Assembly (NCBI GenBank): GCA_965203355.1 | Contig: OZ241889.1 | Location: 4,061,523-4,125,522 of the forward strand | DNA: 64,000 nt | Direction of reading: 5' to 3' | From: Candidatus Latescibacterota bacterium | Lineage (GTDB): Bacteria > Latescibacterota > UBA2968 > UBA8231 | In this document: in pieces, positions 53,298-63,663 of the stretch | Layout: every line of letters begins with the position of its first letter | Numbering within the stretch: the stretch's first letter is position 1 | Position numbers and translations under genes: made by a program | The notes under the pieces: model-generated | What the model was told of the DNA's origin: nothing | Databases searched by the model: none | What the model saw: only the letters and a program-made list of their open reading frames with translations

Positions 53298-55235
53298 ATG
53301 GCTGCAATCGACTCTTCTGACAAGGCACCGGTCGCCATTACGGGCCGGTGCATCCTCGTCGGTGCCGCACTGAGCTTGGCCATTGCCATCGGCATTCCCT
53401 ATGGCAGCATGGTCGTGCAAGGCTCTCGCCTCGGGCTGAGTTCGGCCACGCCAGCGGCGTTCTTTTTGCTATTCGTCCTGCTGCTGACCGTCCAGATCGC
53501 CTTGGGACGCTGGGGTTTTCGGCGCGGCGAGTGGGTCGTCATTTTCGCCATGATGGCGGTGGCCACGGCTATTCCCACGCGCGGCGTAGTGGGAATGCTG
53601 CTGCCGATGATCACCGGCACCTTCTACTACGCCACGCCCGAAAACCAATGGACCGCCCTAATCCACCCGTTTCTCTCCGATTGGATGGTGGTGTACGATC
53701 CGGCCGCGGTAAAGGCATTTTACGAGGGCACCAAAGGCTCGGCCATCCCCTATGCCGTCTGGCTCAAACCGCTCGGGCACTGGTTTGTATTCTACGCGGC
53801 GTTTTACGCAACTCTTATCTCGGCCATGTCCATCTTGCGCCGCCAATGGGTTGACAACGAGCGACTCGTTTTTCCGCTGGCCCAAGTTCCGCTCGCCATG
53901 ATCCAAGACGACGCGGGCAAGCAACCCTTTTTTCGCAATCCCATCCTGTGGTGCGGCTTGCTGTTGCCCTTCTTGTTTAACAGCACCAACGCCCTGCACC
54001 AATACTTTAACTTCGTCCCCGCCCTCGCCCTTCAGACCAGCGTCGAACTGTTCAACCGCACCGCCTCGCTCAACATCCGCATCAACTTCCTGATGTTCGG
54101 CTTTGCGTACTTTATCAACTCCAATATCGCCTTTAGCCTGTGGTTTTTCTACCTACTCCACGTAATACAAGAAAGCATCTTCCGCTACCTCGGCATCTTC
54201 AGCCCCGAGGAGTTGGGGCCTTGGACCGGGTCCGGGCCAGTGGGTGCGATCATGGGGCATCAGATGATGGGTGCGCTCATCGTCCTGGTGTTCTACGGGC
54301 TGTGGACGGCGCGGCCACACCTCAAAAACGTCCTGTGCAAGGCCCTGTGGGGCGACGACCGGATCGATGACTCGGCCGAGATTCTCTCCTATCGAGCCTC
54401 GTTTTGGCTCTTCGTCGTCGGTGTTAGCGCGATGGGCTGCTGGCTGTGGAAGAGCGGGATCCCCGTTTGGATCGTGCCCTTCTTCCTGTTCTCGTCGCTG
54501 GTCATATTCATCGGCCTAGCGCGCGTCATCGCCGAGGCTGGCATGCCCACTGTAACCCCCGAAATGGTCCCAGCCGGCTTTGTCGTCTCTGGGGTTGGGG
54601 TCCCCGCGCTCGGCGCACCGGGCATGGTCGCCACGGGCTACTCTTTGATCTGGGCGGGCGATCTGCTGGTCTTTATGACCGCACCGCTCGCCAACAGCCT
54701 GCGCTTGGGCAGCGCGATCAACGGCACCCGCCGGCCGCTCTTTTGGGCGATTGTCGCGGCCATGCTTATCAGCCTCGTAGCCTCCTGCTGGTTCATGCTC
54801 TACCTCGCGTACCGCGACGGCGCACTCAACCTGCATCCCCAGTACTTCACGGGCTTTGCCGCCTATCCCTCGGATTTTGCCGCGAAAAAACTCGCCAACC
54901 CCACCGGACCGAGCCTGGCCGGGTGGCTGTGGACGGGTTTTGGTGCCCTGATCATGGGCGGCTTGATGACCGCCCGTCACTTCTTCGTGTGGTGGCCTTT
55001 TCACCCACTCGGCTTTGCGGTGAGTACAGGCTGGGTAATGAATAGCATCTGGTTTTCGATCTTTCTCGCTTGGCTCATCAAGATCACCGTCCTCAAATAC
55101 GGCGGACCCCGCACGTATCTCCTCACTCGCCCCTTTTTCGTTGGGATCGTGCTCGGCCAGTTCGTCGCCGCCGGTCTGTGGCTGGTGGTGGATGGCTTCA
55201 CCGGCATGGTTGGCAACCGAACCCCTGTGTATTAG
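53298..55235 (+). CDS. large polytopic membrane protein of unknown function (paralog of 12983..15145)
   Basis: 645 aa. See the shared motifs listed for the first copy. Divergent from the SGNH-like gene with only 15 nt between the start codons. Confidence 0.75.
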   Translation: MAAIDSSDKAPVAITGRCILVGAALSLAIAIGIPYGSMVVQGSRLGLSSATPAAFFLLFVLLLTVQIALGRWGFRRGEWVVIFAMMAVATAIPTRGVVGMLLPMITGTFYYATPENQWTALIHPFLSDWMVVYDPAAVKAFYEGTKGSAIPYAVWLKPLGHWFVFYAAFYATLISAMSILRRQWVDNERLVFPLAQVPLAMIQDDAGKQPFFRNPILWCGLLLPFLFNSTNALHQYFNFVPALALQTSVELFNRTASLNIRINFLMFGFAYFINSNIAFSLWFFYLLHVIQESIFRYLGIFSPEELGPWTGSGPVGAIMGHQMMGALIVLVFYGLWTARPHLKNVLCKALWGDDRIDDSAEILSYRASFWLFVVGVSAMGCWLWKSGIPVWIVPFFLFSSLVIFIGLARVIAEAGMPTVTPEMVPAGFVVSGVGVPALGAPGMVATGYSLIWAGDLLVFMTAPLANSLRLGSAINGTRRPLFWAIVAAMLISLVASCWFMLYLAYRDGALNLHPQYFTGFAAYPSDFAAKKLANPTGPSLAGWLWTGFGALIMGGLMTARHFFVWWPFHPLGFAVSTGWVMNSIWFSIFLAWLIKITVLKYGGPRTYLLTRPFFVGIVLGQFVAAGLWLVVDGFTGMVGNRTPVY

Positions 55236-55246
55236 AAGGAAAATCT

Positions 55247-56890
55247 ATGCGCTCTCTGTACATCTTTGCTATCCCTATCGCCCTCGCGGGCTGTTCTCAG
55301 CAAACGAACGCGCCCGTAGCGCGAGTCGACGACGTGCCCATTTCAGGCGAGAGCCTGCGGTCCTTTGTCGAAAAACTACCCCCGGGCTTGCGCAACCCCG
55401 AAGGCGGCGATGCCGCACGGCGGCAATACGTGCAATCGCTCATCGACCGCCAACTCATTCTCAAAGAGGCCCTCGTCCACGAGTTGGATACGCTGCACGC
55501 GGTAAAACGCACCGTCGATGAGGCCGTGGATGCGCGCGTCATCGCCCTCTATCGGGCGCGCAACATAACCGCTCAGGTGCAAGTGCCCGAAGAGGATGTG
55601 CGGCGCGTCTTTACCGAAGAAGGCTACCATCGCGAGCGCAAGCTCAACGCGATTTTGGTCCACACCCGCGCCGAAATCGAAGCGGCCGTGGCTACCCTCG
55701 ACACCGGTCAACCCTTTGCCGAAGTGGCCCGCGCCCACTCGCTCGACAAGCGTTCGGCCGAGCAGGGCGGCGAGTTGGGCTTTATTGGCCGCGAGGCCGC
55801 GCCCCGCCTGCACATCCCGGCCGAAGTCTTCAACACGCTGCCCTTGGGAGAAACATCCGCGCCTTTGCGCGCTGGCCGCAGTTGGCACATCGTCCGCTTC
55901 ACCGAAGACCGCGACACGCCCTATGAGCGTTACCGACCCCTGATTGAGGAGCAGCTATTCAACGAGCGTCTAGCCCAAGTTGAGGCCGAGCACTTTGAGG
56001 CACTCCGCGCAGCGGCAAGTGCGGCCCTCGACCGCGACGGACTGCAACTCATGCTCAGCGCGGCTCAGCGCAAAGACACCGCACTGCTCGACACGTGTAC
56101 TGCACCGCTCTACACCTTTGCCGAGGGGCAAGCCACAGTTGCCGCCGCTTATAAGGCCCTGCGGAGGCTCAATGCCCAGCGCAGCCTCAAAGACAGCGCA
56201 CGCGCACACCGCGCGCTAGACAGGTTGGTATTGCGGCCCCTCCTCCAGCGTCGAGCCGCCCGCGAACAGGGCCTGTACGACACCCCGGAAGTCCAACGGC
56301 TGGCCAAGAGGGCCTACCAAGATGCACTGCTCAACGCCATGCGCGAGCGCTTCGCAGCCATCGAATTGCTCTCGGACGCCGAAGTGTGGTCCTACTACGA
56401 CAGCCATCCCGACATGTTTTATCACGAAGAGGCTGTCGAGGTCGAAGAGTTGCTCGCGTCCAGCCCAGCCGAAGCCCAGTGGCTCAGCGACCAACTCGCG
56501 GCCGGCGCGCGTTTTGCCGATCTCGCCGACCACAGCGTACGCGCCCAAGCCGTCCAGTCGCAAGCGCGCTTTCACTTCCATCCGCGTGACGAAAAGCTCT
56601 ATCCGCGCCTAGTCCCGGCCATCTATGCAGCGGAACCCGGCCAACTCGTCGGGCCGATTCGGGTGCGCGACGGGTACTCCATTTTCCGCGTCCAAGGACG
56701 CAACCCCGGCCGAGTCGAGCCATACGAGCAGGTCCAGCACCGCGCCCGCGCTCTGTTGCGCCGAGAGCGAGAAAACGCGGCCTTCACCAGCTTCGTCCAA
56801 GACCTGCGCCAGCGCTATCAGAGCCGAGTCGAGATCGACGAGCGCGCCCTCAAGACCGCCCTACCGGATTCGCTGGTCCAAGGCACCTGA
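55247..56890 (+). CDS. lipoprotein with PpiC/parvulin-type peptidyl-prolyl isomerase domains (SurA/PrsA-like)
   Basis: Inner ATG giving MRSLYIFAIPIALAGC (lipobox). Parvulin-like NAILVHTRAEIEAAVATLDTGQPFAEVARAHSLDKRSAEQGGELGFI..SWHIVRF, plus a second weaker copy near the C-terminus. Confidence 0.75.
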   Translation: MRSLYIFAIPIALAGCSQQTNAPVARVDDVPISGESLRSFVEKLPPGLRNPEGGDAARRQYVQSLIDRQLILKEALVHELDTLHAVKRTVDEAVDARVIALYRARNITAQVQVPEEDVRRVFTEEGYHRERKLNAILVHTRAEIEAAVATLDTGQPFAEVARAHSLDKRSAEQGGELGFIGREAAPRLHIPAEVFNTLPLGETSAPLRAGRSWHIVRFTEDRDTPYERYRPLIEEQLFNERLAQVEAEHFEALRAAASAALDRDGLQLMLSAAQRKDTALLDTCTAPLYTFAEGQATVAAAYKALRRLNAQRSLKDSARAHRALDRLVLRPLLQRRAAREQGLYDTPEVQRLAKRAYQDALLNAMRERFAAIELLSDAEVWSYYDSHPDMFYHEEAVEVEELLASSPAEAQWLSDQLAAGARFADLADHSVRAQAVQSQARFHFHPRDEKLYPRLVPAIYAAEPGQLVGPIRVRDGYSIFRVQGRNPGRVEPYEQVQHRARALLRRERENAAFTSFVQDLRQRYQSRVEIDERALKTALPDSLVQGT

Positions 56891-56893
56891 GCG

Positions 56894-58342
56894 ATGACCG
56901 CACACCTTGTGCTGATTTTGGGCGCAATCGCCTGCGCCGATCAACCCGACCCGCAAGACGCGGCGCGCCCCATAGAAGCTCGCCGCTTGCTCCAGCGCGG
57001 CACACTCTTCTTGCAACAGGACCGGCCCGCCCGCGCCCTAGCAGAACTCATCCAAGCCGTAGCACTCGATTCCGCGTCGAGCACGGCCCATTTTCAAAAG
57101 GGCCTGGCCCACGCACGGCTCGACCAACCCGCGGCTGCCATGGCGGCCTTCAAACGCGCCTTAGCCCTCGCGCCCGACCAGCCTCGCGCACACTTTGCCC
57201 TCGCCGCCGTACTGCGCGACCAGCACCGCTATCTAGAGGCCGCAACCCACCTAGAGCGGGCCATCGTCCTCGCACCCGAGCACGCCAAGTACCACTTCTA
57301 CCTAGGCGATGTGCGCCGGGCCAGCGGCGACTTTGCTGGCGCACTCACAGCCTTCAAACGCACCATTGAGCGCGCGCCCGACCACCTTGAGGCCCGCTAC
57401 TACTACAGCGACCTGCTCGTGCGCGACCAGCAATTATCTCAAGCGCACACGGGTTTTGCCGACCTGCTCGCCCGCGATCCTAACCACGTCCAAGGCGGCC
57501 TCGGGTTGGGCGGCTTACTCATCCGCCTCGGAGAACCCGCATCAGCCATTCCCGTGCTCCAGCGCGTGGCCGCCAACGACCCGCACAACCCCGCGCCCCA
57601 CTACCTATTGGCCCAGGCCTACGCCGAGTACGACCGCCCCGACGACGCCCGCCGCGCACAGGGCCACTTCCAGCAGTTAAGTGCGGCCGAACGCCACCTC
57701 AATCAAGGCAACATCTACATTCGCCAAGGCGCGTGGGACAAGGCGATCGATTCCCTAAAGCGCGCCCTCGCCAGCGACGCTACTTCCGCGGAAATTCGCC
57801 TGCGCCTCGCCACCGCGTACGCACGGCAAAAGCGTTTCGCCGACGCCCGCGACGCGCTAGCGCAAATCCTCGCCCGCAATCCCGACCACCGCGACGCCCA
57901 CCTCATGCTGGGCGACCTGTACTTGCACGAGGGAAGGGCCAAAGACGCTGCCGCACACTTTGTTCGCTCTTTGGCGATCGATCCCGACTCCTTTGCCGGA
58001 TCCTATGGCTTGGGCCGAGCGCGTTTCAAAGGTGGCGACTTGGCCGGGGCCGTCGCTGCGTTACGCCAAGCCCTCGCTCGCAATCCCGACCACCGCGACG
58101 CCCACTACGCCCTCGGGCTAGTCTACGTCCGCCAAGCCAACTACCGCGATGCCCACATCCATTTTGCCCACAGCATGACCCTCGACCCAAACCACGCGGA
58201 ATCACACTACGGGCTGGCACTGCTCCTCATGCAGCAAGGACAGCGTGAACAAGCGCGGCAAGCCCTGCAAAAGGTGATCGCCCTCGCCCCAGATCACCAA
58301 CGCGCCCGGGCTAAGCTAAGCGAGCTGGATCAAGGGCCGTGA
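56894..58342 (+). CDS. TPR-repeat protein
   Basis: 482 aa with many 34-residue TPR units, e.g. AHFQKGLAHARLDQPAAAMAAFKRALALAPDQP. Confidence 0.8.
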   Translation: MTAHLVLILGAIACADQPDPQDAARPIEARRLLQRGTLFLQQDRPARALAELIQAVALDSASSTAHFQKGLAHARLDQPAAAMAAFKRALALAPDQPRAHFALAAVLRDQHRYLEAATHLERAIVLAPEHAKYHFYLGDVRRASGDFAGALTAFKRTIERAPDHLEARYYYSDLLVRDQQLSQAHTGFADLLARDPNHVQGGLGLGGLLIRLGEPASAIPVLQRVAANDPHNPAPHYLLAQAYAEYDRPDDARRAQGHFQQLSAAERHLNQGNIYIRQGAWDKAIDSLKRALASDATSAEIRLRLATAYARQKRFADARDALAQILARNPDHRDAHLMLGDLYLHEGRAKDAAAHFVRSLAIDPDSFAGSYGLGRARFKGGDLAGAVAALRQALARNPDHRDAHYALGLVYVRQANYRDAHIHFAHSMTLDPNHAESHYGLALLLMQQGQREQARQALQKVIALAPDHQRARAKLSELDQGP

Positions 58343-60630
58343 GTAGCTATTTTCGCGCCTTGTGCCTAGCCAGCCTTTGCCTCGGCTGCCAAGCTCCGCC
58401 CGAGGCCGAAAGCGACCGCGTCTATGCCGACGCCCTGAACCTGCTATACCAAGGGCGGTTCTCCGAAGCCGAAGCCCTTTTCCGGCGCGTCGTCAGCTTG
58501 GCACCCGACAGCGCGAGCGCCCAGATCCGTCTTGGCGAAGCCCTACTCCGCCAAGGCCGCTGGCAGAGCGCGGGCCGCCTGCTCGACGAGTTGCCGACAC
58601 CCGTGCGCCAGCGGCCAGCGGCCCGTCTGCTCGAAGCGCGGCTCCTCGCCTTTGGCGGTTTCGCCCGCGAGGCCGAACTCGCCGTCAATGAGATCCTCGA
58701 TCAATATCCCAACTCACTCGACGGCCGTTTGCTACTGGCCGAACTGTATTTGCAGGCCGCGGCCACCATGAACCTCGAGCGCGCCACGGCCCTGTGCAGC
58801 GAAGCACTATCCGCCCAACCTCAGCACCGCGACGCGCATTATCTGTTGCTCCAAGCCACGCTGCGCCTCGGCCGCTTTCCCGCCGCCTTGGAACGCAGCC
58901 GCTCGTTGCTCAACGCCTATCCAGACGATGGCCACGCCTATCTCTTGGCAGGCACGGCGGCTTTCTGGGCGGGGGACGACCGCGCACGGCCTTGGCTCGA
59001 AAAAGCGGTCGATTTGCTGGAGTCAATAGATCGCCTAGAGGCCCTGTGGCTGCTCAAGCTGACTCACGAGCGGCAGGGCGAAGATGCACCGGCACTGCTA
59101 CCGCGCTATCGCTTTCCCCTGCATGTCTCAGGGCCAGCCGCGACCGACCTGCGCTTTGTCGATGTGGCCGCGCGCGTCGGCGTGGCCAAGAAAGATCGCG
59201 GCCGCGGCAGTGCCTGGCTCGACTTTGACGGCGATGGCGACCTTGATCTCTTCAGCGTTGGCATCCAAGTCGAACATTCGCTCTACCGCAACGACGGTGG
59301 CCAATTTCGCGACGTCGCCCAAGCGAGCGGATTAGCCGACGCAAGCGGCGGTTGGGCTGCCGCGAGCGCGGATTTTGATAACGACGGCGACGACGACCTC
59401 TTTGTCAGCCGCGACGCCTGGGAGGGCAGAGCACCTAACTCCCTGTACAGAAACGACTCGGGCGCATTCATCGACAGCGGGCGCGCCGCAGGCATGGCCG
59501 ACTCCAGCGATAGCTTTACGGCCGCTTGGCTCGACTTCGATGGCGACGGATACCTCGACTTGTACGTGGCCAACGGCGTCACGGGTACCGGGGCGCCAAA
59601 CGCCCTCCTGCAAAACCAGCAAAACGGCGCGTTTCTCGATGTAGCGGTCGCCGCCGCCGTCGCCGACTCGGGCCAGACCATTGGCACGGCTGCTGGCGAC
59701 TTCGACGGCGATGGCCTGATCGACTTGTACGCGGTCAACATCGGCCAGTTCAACCGCCTCTATCGCAATCTCGGCGATGGCACCTTTGCCGATGTGGCCG
59801 AGCGCGCTGGCGTCCTTTTTCCAGTGGAAGGCGGGTATGTGGCGTTCTTTTTCGACCTTGACAACGACGGTCATCTCGACCTATTTGCTTCAACTATGAG
59901 TGCCTTTCCCGATGTCCTCAACAGCATGGTCACCGGTGAGGCCATTGAGCCGAATCGTCCCTTTCTCTATCGCAACCTCGGCGACGGCACTTTTGCCGAC
60001 ATCGCGGCCACTGCGGGACTCAAGCGCTCTTTCGGCAGTATGGGCGCGGGCCTTGGCGACCTAGACAACGACGGTTTCGTCGATATTTATCTGGCCAACG
60101 GCGGCCCGCAAATGGCCCGCCTCGAACCCAACGCACTCTATCGCAACCTCGGCGACGGCACTTTTGCCGACATCACGGCCACTGCGGGCACCGGCAGCCT
60201 CGGCAAGGGCCACGGGGCCACCGTCGCCGACTTCGATCAAGACGGCGACTTGGACCTCTACGCCGGCTTGGGCGGCCATTACGACGCCGACACCTGGGAC
60301 AACGCGCTCTATCGCAACGACGGCCCGGCGCAGCCCTACCTATCCATCGAACTCGTGGGCACACAGGCCAATCGCAGCGCCATCGGTACGCACGTCGCCG
60401 CTTTTGCCGCCGGCCGCACCATCCGCGCCCAGCGCCAAAGCGGCTTTGGCTTCGGCAGTAGCAACGAGCCACTTCTGCACCTTGGGCTAGGGCCGGCCAC
60501 GCGCGTCGATAGCCTGCACGTGCTCTGGCCCGGCCAGCCCCCACAGCGTTTCTTTGACCTGCCCGTCAATTGCCGCATCCGCATCGCACAACGCGAGGCG
60601 CACTACCAGATTCTCAGGAGGCCACCATGA
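58339..60630 (+). CDS. TPR plus FG-GAP/VCBS repeat plus ASPIC/UnbV-like protein (CRTAC1-type architecture)
   Basis: 763 aa with N-terminal TPRs. Repeated D.DGDGDLDL..... LYRN.G.G.F.DV units. C-terminal YLSIELVGTQANRSAIGTHV..GFGFGSSNEPLLHLGLG. Four-nt overlap with the upstream gene. Confidence 0.8.
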   Translation: MSSYFRALCLASLCLGCQAPPEAESDRVYADALNLLYQGRFSEAEALFRRVVSLAPDSASAQIRLGEALLRQGRWQSAGRLLDELPTPVRQRPAARLLEARLLAFGGFAREAELAVNEILDQYPNSLDGRLLLAELYLQAAATMNLERATALCSEALSAQPQHRDAHYLLLQATLRLGRFPAALERSRSLLNAYPDDGHAYLLAGTAAFWAGDDRARPWLEKAVDLLESIDRLEALWLLKLTHERQGEDAPALLPRYRFPLHVSGPAATDLRFVDVAARVGVAKKDRGRGSAWLDFDGDGDLDLFSVGIQVEHSLYRNDGGQFRDVAQASGLADASGGWAAASADFDNDGDDDLFVSRDAWEGRAPNSLYRNDSGAFIDSGRAAGMADSSDSFTAAWLDFDGDGYLDLYVANGVTGTGAPNALLQNQQNGAFLDVAVAAAVADSGQTIGTAAGDFDGDGLIDLYAVNIGQFNRLYRNLGDGTFADVAERAGVLFPVEGGYVAFFFDLDNDGHLDLFASTMSAFPDVLNSMVTGEAIEPNRPFLYRNLGDGTFADIAATAGLKRSFGSMGAGLGDLDNDGFVDIYLANGGPQMARLEPNALYRNLGDGTFADITATAGTGSLGKGHGATVADFDQDGDLDLYAGLGGHYDADTWDNALYRNDGPAQPYLSIELVGTQANRSAIGTHVAAFAAGRTIRAQRQSGFGFGSSNEPLLHLGLGPATRVDSLHVLWPGQPPQRFFDLPVNCRIRIAQREAHYQILRRPP

Positions 60631-63600
60631 GGCTCTTGGCGTTTCTCGTCATCTACTTGGCACCGCTGATCGCAGCCGATGCCCAAAAGGGCCACCGCGT
60701 CACCAGTCGTTCCGTAGTGGTCAACACGGCCGCGCACTGGCAGAATTGGCAGCTACCGACCCACGCCGTGCAGGTCTCGCCAGACGGCACCGTTGAGCCG
60801 CACTTTTTTCGCGAACATTTCAACTTGATCGACGATCTAGCGACCTACACCCGGCCCATCGTCGATCTGCGTCGCCGCCGCAACCAGACCGCCATCCTCA
60901 ACATCGACAGCACCCAGACCCGCGACGTGAAAGGCGAGATCATTCTCGATCGCAAGGGCAATCCCATCTACTCCTATTTCTTTCGCCCGGGCATCAGTCG
61001 CGTCGGCTCGAATGCGGCCGCAGCCGCCAATATACTCGACGACGATCCCACCACCTTCTGGGAGCCCGACTCGCAGGCACCGCTCGACGACTGGTGGATC
61101 GAAATAGACTTGGGGCGCGTCGTGGCGGTCGATTCCCTCGTCATCCACTTCGTCGAGGAAGAGTTGGGCGATCCCTTTTTTCAGTTCCGCGTTCTCGCCG
61201 CACCCGACCAAGAGCCAGTGTGGGAAAACGCCGATAAAATCGCCTTTGAACGAGTCGCTAACACCAAGGCCCCCAACCGCGATCAGCGCACCTTCCGCAT
61301 TGGCCTCGAACAGCGCGACGCCGATCCCAACTGGCAGGGCAAGATGGTGCAGACCATCCGCATCGTGGTCAGCGATACACGCGGCGAGCGCGGCGAGCGG
61401 ATCAGCCAAGAGGCATGGCAAGCCCTACCCGCCAACGAGCGCGGTGCGATCGTCTATTTCATCCGCGACGAACAGGGCTTTGAAGAGCCAGTAGAGCAAG
61501 CGATCTATGAAAGCCTCGACCCCCAGCGCCAAGGCCGTTTGGATTACTATCGGCGCGAGCGGCCGCGTCTGGCCGGAATCGAGGTGTACGGATTTGGCGA
61601 CAACATCAGCAGTGGCTTGGTAGCTGGCGGCGGCCAGCTCGGCCTGACCGGCGACGGCTTTTTGCCGGGGCCAGCTTTTGACGCGGATTTCAACACCAAC
61701 TTCCTGCACCTCGTTTGGTCTCCGACCATCGACCGCGGCGTACTTACCGTTGACATGGGCGCGTCATTTTGGCTCGACGCCATGCGCATTTCCTCGGCCC
61801 AGCCCCAGCCCTTTATCGACGGCTACTTGATCCGCGGATCCGATGGCTCACGCGATACCCGCGGCAAAATCAAGTGGGCACGCCTCAGCCCCCGCTCCCG
61901 TGAGGACAATAGCTCCGATCGCTTTGAGCACATTATCGACATCTATGCCTCCAGCCCCAAACTCCGCTTCCTCGAAATAAGCGTCATCTCGACGGACCCG
62001 CGCCGCCGAGGTGGGTACAACACCGGGCCGACCATCGCCGAGTACCAGCTTTTTTCCACTGGCTACCCAGCGCAAGTAGAGCTAACTTCCGATCTGATTG
62101 CGCTGCCTGGGGCGCGTAACTTCGGGGCCATCACTTGGGAGGCCGAGACGCCCCCGGGCACGGCCGTCGCAATCCGCACTCGCACCGGCGACTTGCTGGG
62201 CAAGGTCATTCGCTACTTCGACAAGACGGGCAACGAAATCACCTATGACGCTTGGAAAAATCTCTTGGGCAGTTTCAAGGGGCCAGCCGACACCACCTTC
62301 GCGCCCACCAGCGGCTGGAGTCCTTGGAGCCGCGCCTACCAGCAGCCCGGCGACATCGTCACCTCTCCCGGCCTGCGCAAGTTCATGCAGTTCCAAGTCG
62401 AGATGATTACTACCGACCGCGAGGCCGCAGCCTCGATCCATTCGCTCGCGGTCGAACTGCTCAATCCCGTAGCCGAGCGCATCGCGGCCGAACTGTGGCC
62501 GGCCTCGGTGGAAATCTCCGGCGTACGGGAGACCTTTGACGTCTTTGCCCAGCCCTACTTCATTGAGTCGCCCGCGGCCTCGCGCAGCACTGGTTTCAAC
62601 GAAATCCTGCTGACCATGCCGGCCTCGGAAAACCTCGAGCTCTTGGAGTTGGGCATTGGCAGTGCAGGCCGCGAAAAGGTCTTTCACCTTGGAGCCGAGC
62701 GCGGGGTGCTCACGGCTGATGATCAGACGCAAGTCGCGATTTTGGCCAACGGCGGGGACTCCATCAGGGTGCGCCTAGACGACGCGCTCAACATCCTCCC
62801 TGCGGCCAGCCGCACGTACAATCGCATTACCCTTGAGGGCGAAGAAGTCCCCGTGACCCAAGACGGCCTGCCGCTTACGGCCGCAGCATACGGTACTCTC
62901 GACAAAGACGAACGAGGAGCCATCCGCTACTTCCGGCATAGCGACGGTCGGTTCAGCGAGATCGACCAAACCAGTTACCAAGACCTGCCGAGCGAAGAGC
63001 AAGGCCCGGTCCGCTACTTCCGCATTTTGCGCGGCGACGGTGCTCAGTTTCCGTTTGACGCGCACGGCGACTCGCTCGACTCGGTCGCGTACAACCGCCT
63101 CTCCGCGTCCCAGCGCGGCGTTGTCACCGGGCCGGGCCAGCGCTTCCGCTTGCGCCTTTCAGCACCGGTCTTTCTCAACGGCACGACCTTGCGCCTGTTC
63201 GTGCGCAACGCAGCGAGCACCGACGCCGACGTGGCGTGGCAGGCCGTTGAAGCGGGCAATGCCGACGAAGGAGTCGCCAGCAACACGCTGTCGGTCAACG
63301 TCCCCATTGACAGCGATCTCATCCATGGTCTCGCCGTCGGTCCCAACCCTTTTACCCCCAACGGCGACGGGATCAACGATGCGGCTGAAATCTCGCTGGA
63401 GATCTTAAAGCTCACCTCCAGCCGACGCCTCCAAGTGCGAATTTACACGCTCAATGGGCGACAGGTTTGGCAGCGCGAGGAGATGGTGTTGAGCGGCCGC
63501 ACGGCCGTGCGTTGGGACGGCCTTGATGACCGCGGCCGTCGAGCACCACCCGGGCTGTATCTGTGCCAAGTCCAACTCGACGCCGACGCCACAGAACAGC

Positions 63601-63638
63601 CGACAAGTCAAGCGCGGGTTATCGCCGTGGCCTACTAG
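60627..63638 (+). CDS. large secreted protein with discoidin (F5/8 type C)-like domains and a CHU_C/FlgD-Ig-like C-terminal domain
   Basis: ATG 60627 overlaps the upstream TGA (ATGA). Signal MRLLAFLVIYLAPLIAADAQ. Discoidin-like ILDDDPTTFWEPD..WWIEIDLGRVVAVDSLVIHF. C-terminal NPFTPNGDGINDAAEI..VRIYTLNGRQVW..WDGLDDRGRRAPPGLY. Confidence 0.75.
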   Translation: MRLLAFLVIYLAPLIAADAQKGHRVTSRSVVVNTAAHWQNWQLPTHAVQVSPDGTVEPHFFREHFNLIDDLATYTRPIVDLRRRRNQTAILNIDSTQTRDVKGEIILDRKGNPIYSYFFRPGISRVGSNAAAAANILDDDPTTFWEPDSQAPLDDWWIEIDLGRVVAVDSLVIHFVEEELGDPFFQFRVLAAPDQEPVWENADKIAFERVANTKAPNRDQRTFRIGLEQRDADPNWQGKMVQTIRIVVSDTRGERGERISQEAWQALPANERGAIVYFIRDEQGFEEPVEQAIYESLDPQRQGRLDYYRRERPRLAGIEVYGFGDNISSGLVAGGGQLGLTGDGFLPGPAFDADFNTNFLHLVWSPTIDRGVLTVDMGASFWLDAMRISSAQPQPFIDGYLIRGSDGSRDTRGKIKWARLSPRSREDNSSDRFEHIIDIYASSPKLRFLEISVISTDPRRRGGYNTGPTIAEYQLFSTGYPAQVELTSDLIALPGARNFGAITWEAETPPGTAVAIRTRTGDLLGKVIRYFDKTGNEITYDAWKNLLGSFKGPADTTFAPTSGWSPWSRAYQQPGDIVTSPGLRKFMQFQVEMITTDREAAASIHSLAVELLNPVAERIAAELWPASVEISGVRETFDVFAQPYFIESPAASRSTGFNEILLTMPASENLELLELGIGSAGREKVFHLGAERGVLTADDQTQVAILANGGDSIRVRLDDALNILPAASRTYNRITLEGEEVPVTQDGLPLTAAAYGTLDKDERGAIRYFRHSDGRFSEIDQTSYQDLPSEEQGPVRYFRILRGDGAQFPFDAHGDSLDSVAYNRLSASQRGVVTGPGQRFRLRLSAPVFLNGTTLRLFVRNAASTDADVAWQAVEAGNADEGVASNTLSVNVPIDSDLIHGLAVGPNPFTPNGDGINDAAEISLEILKLTSSRRLQVRIYTLNGRQVWQREEMVLSGRTAVRWDGLDDRGRRAPPGLYLCQVQLDADATEQPTSQARVIAVAY

Positions 63639-63663
63639 TTTCCTAATTGAAGGAGGGATTGCA

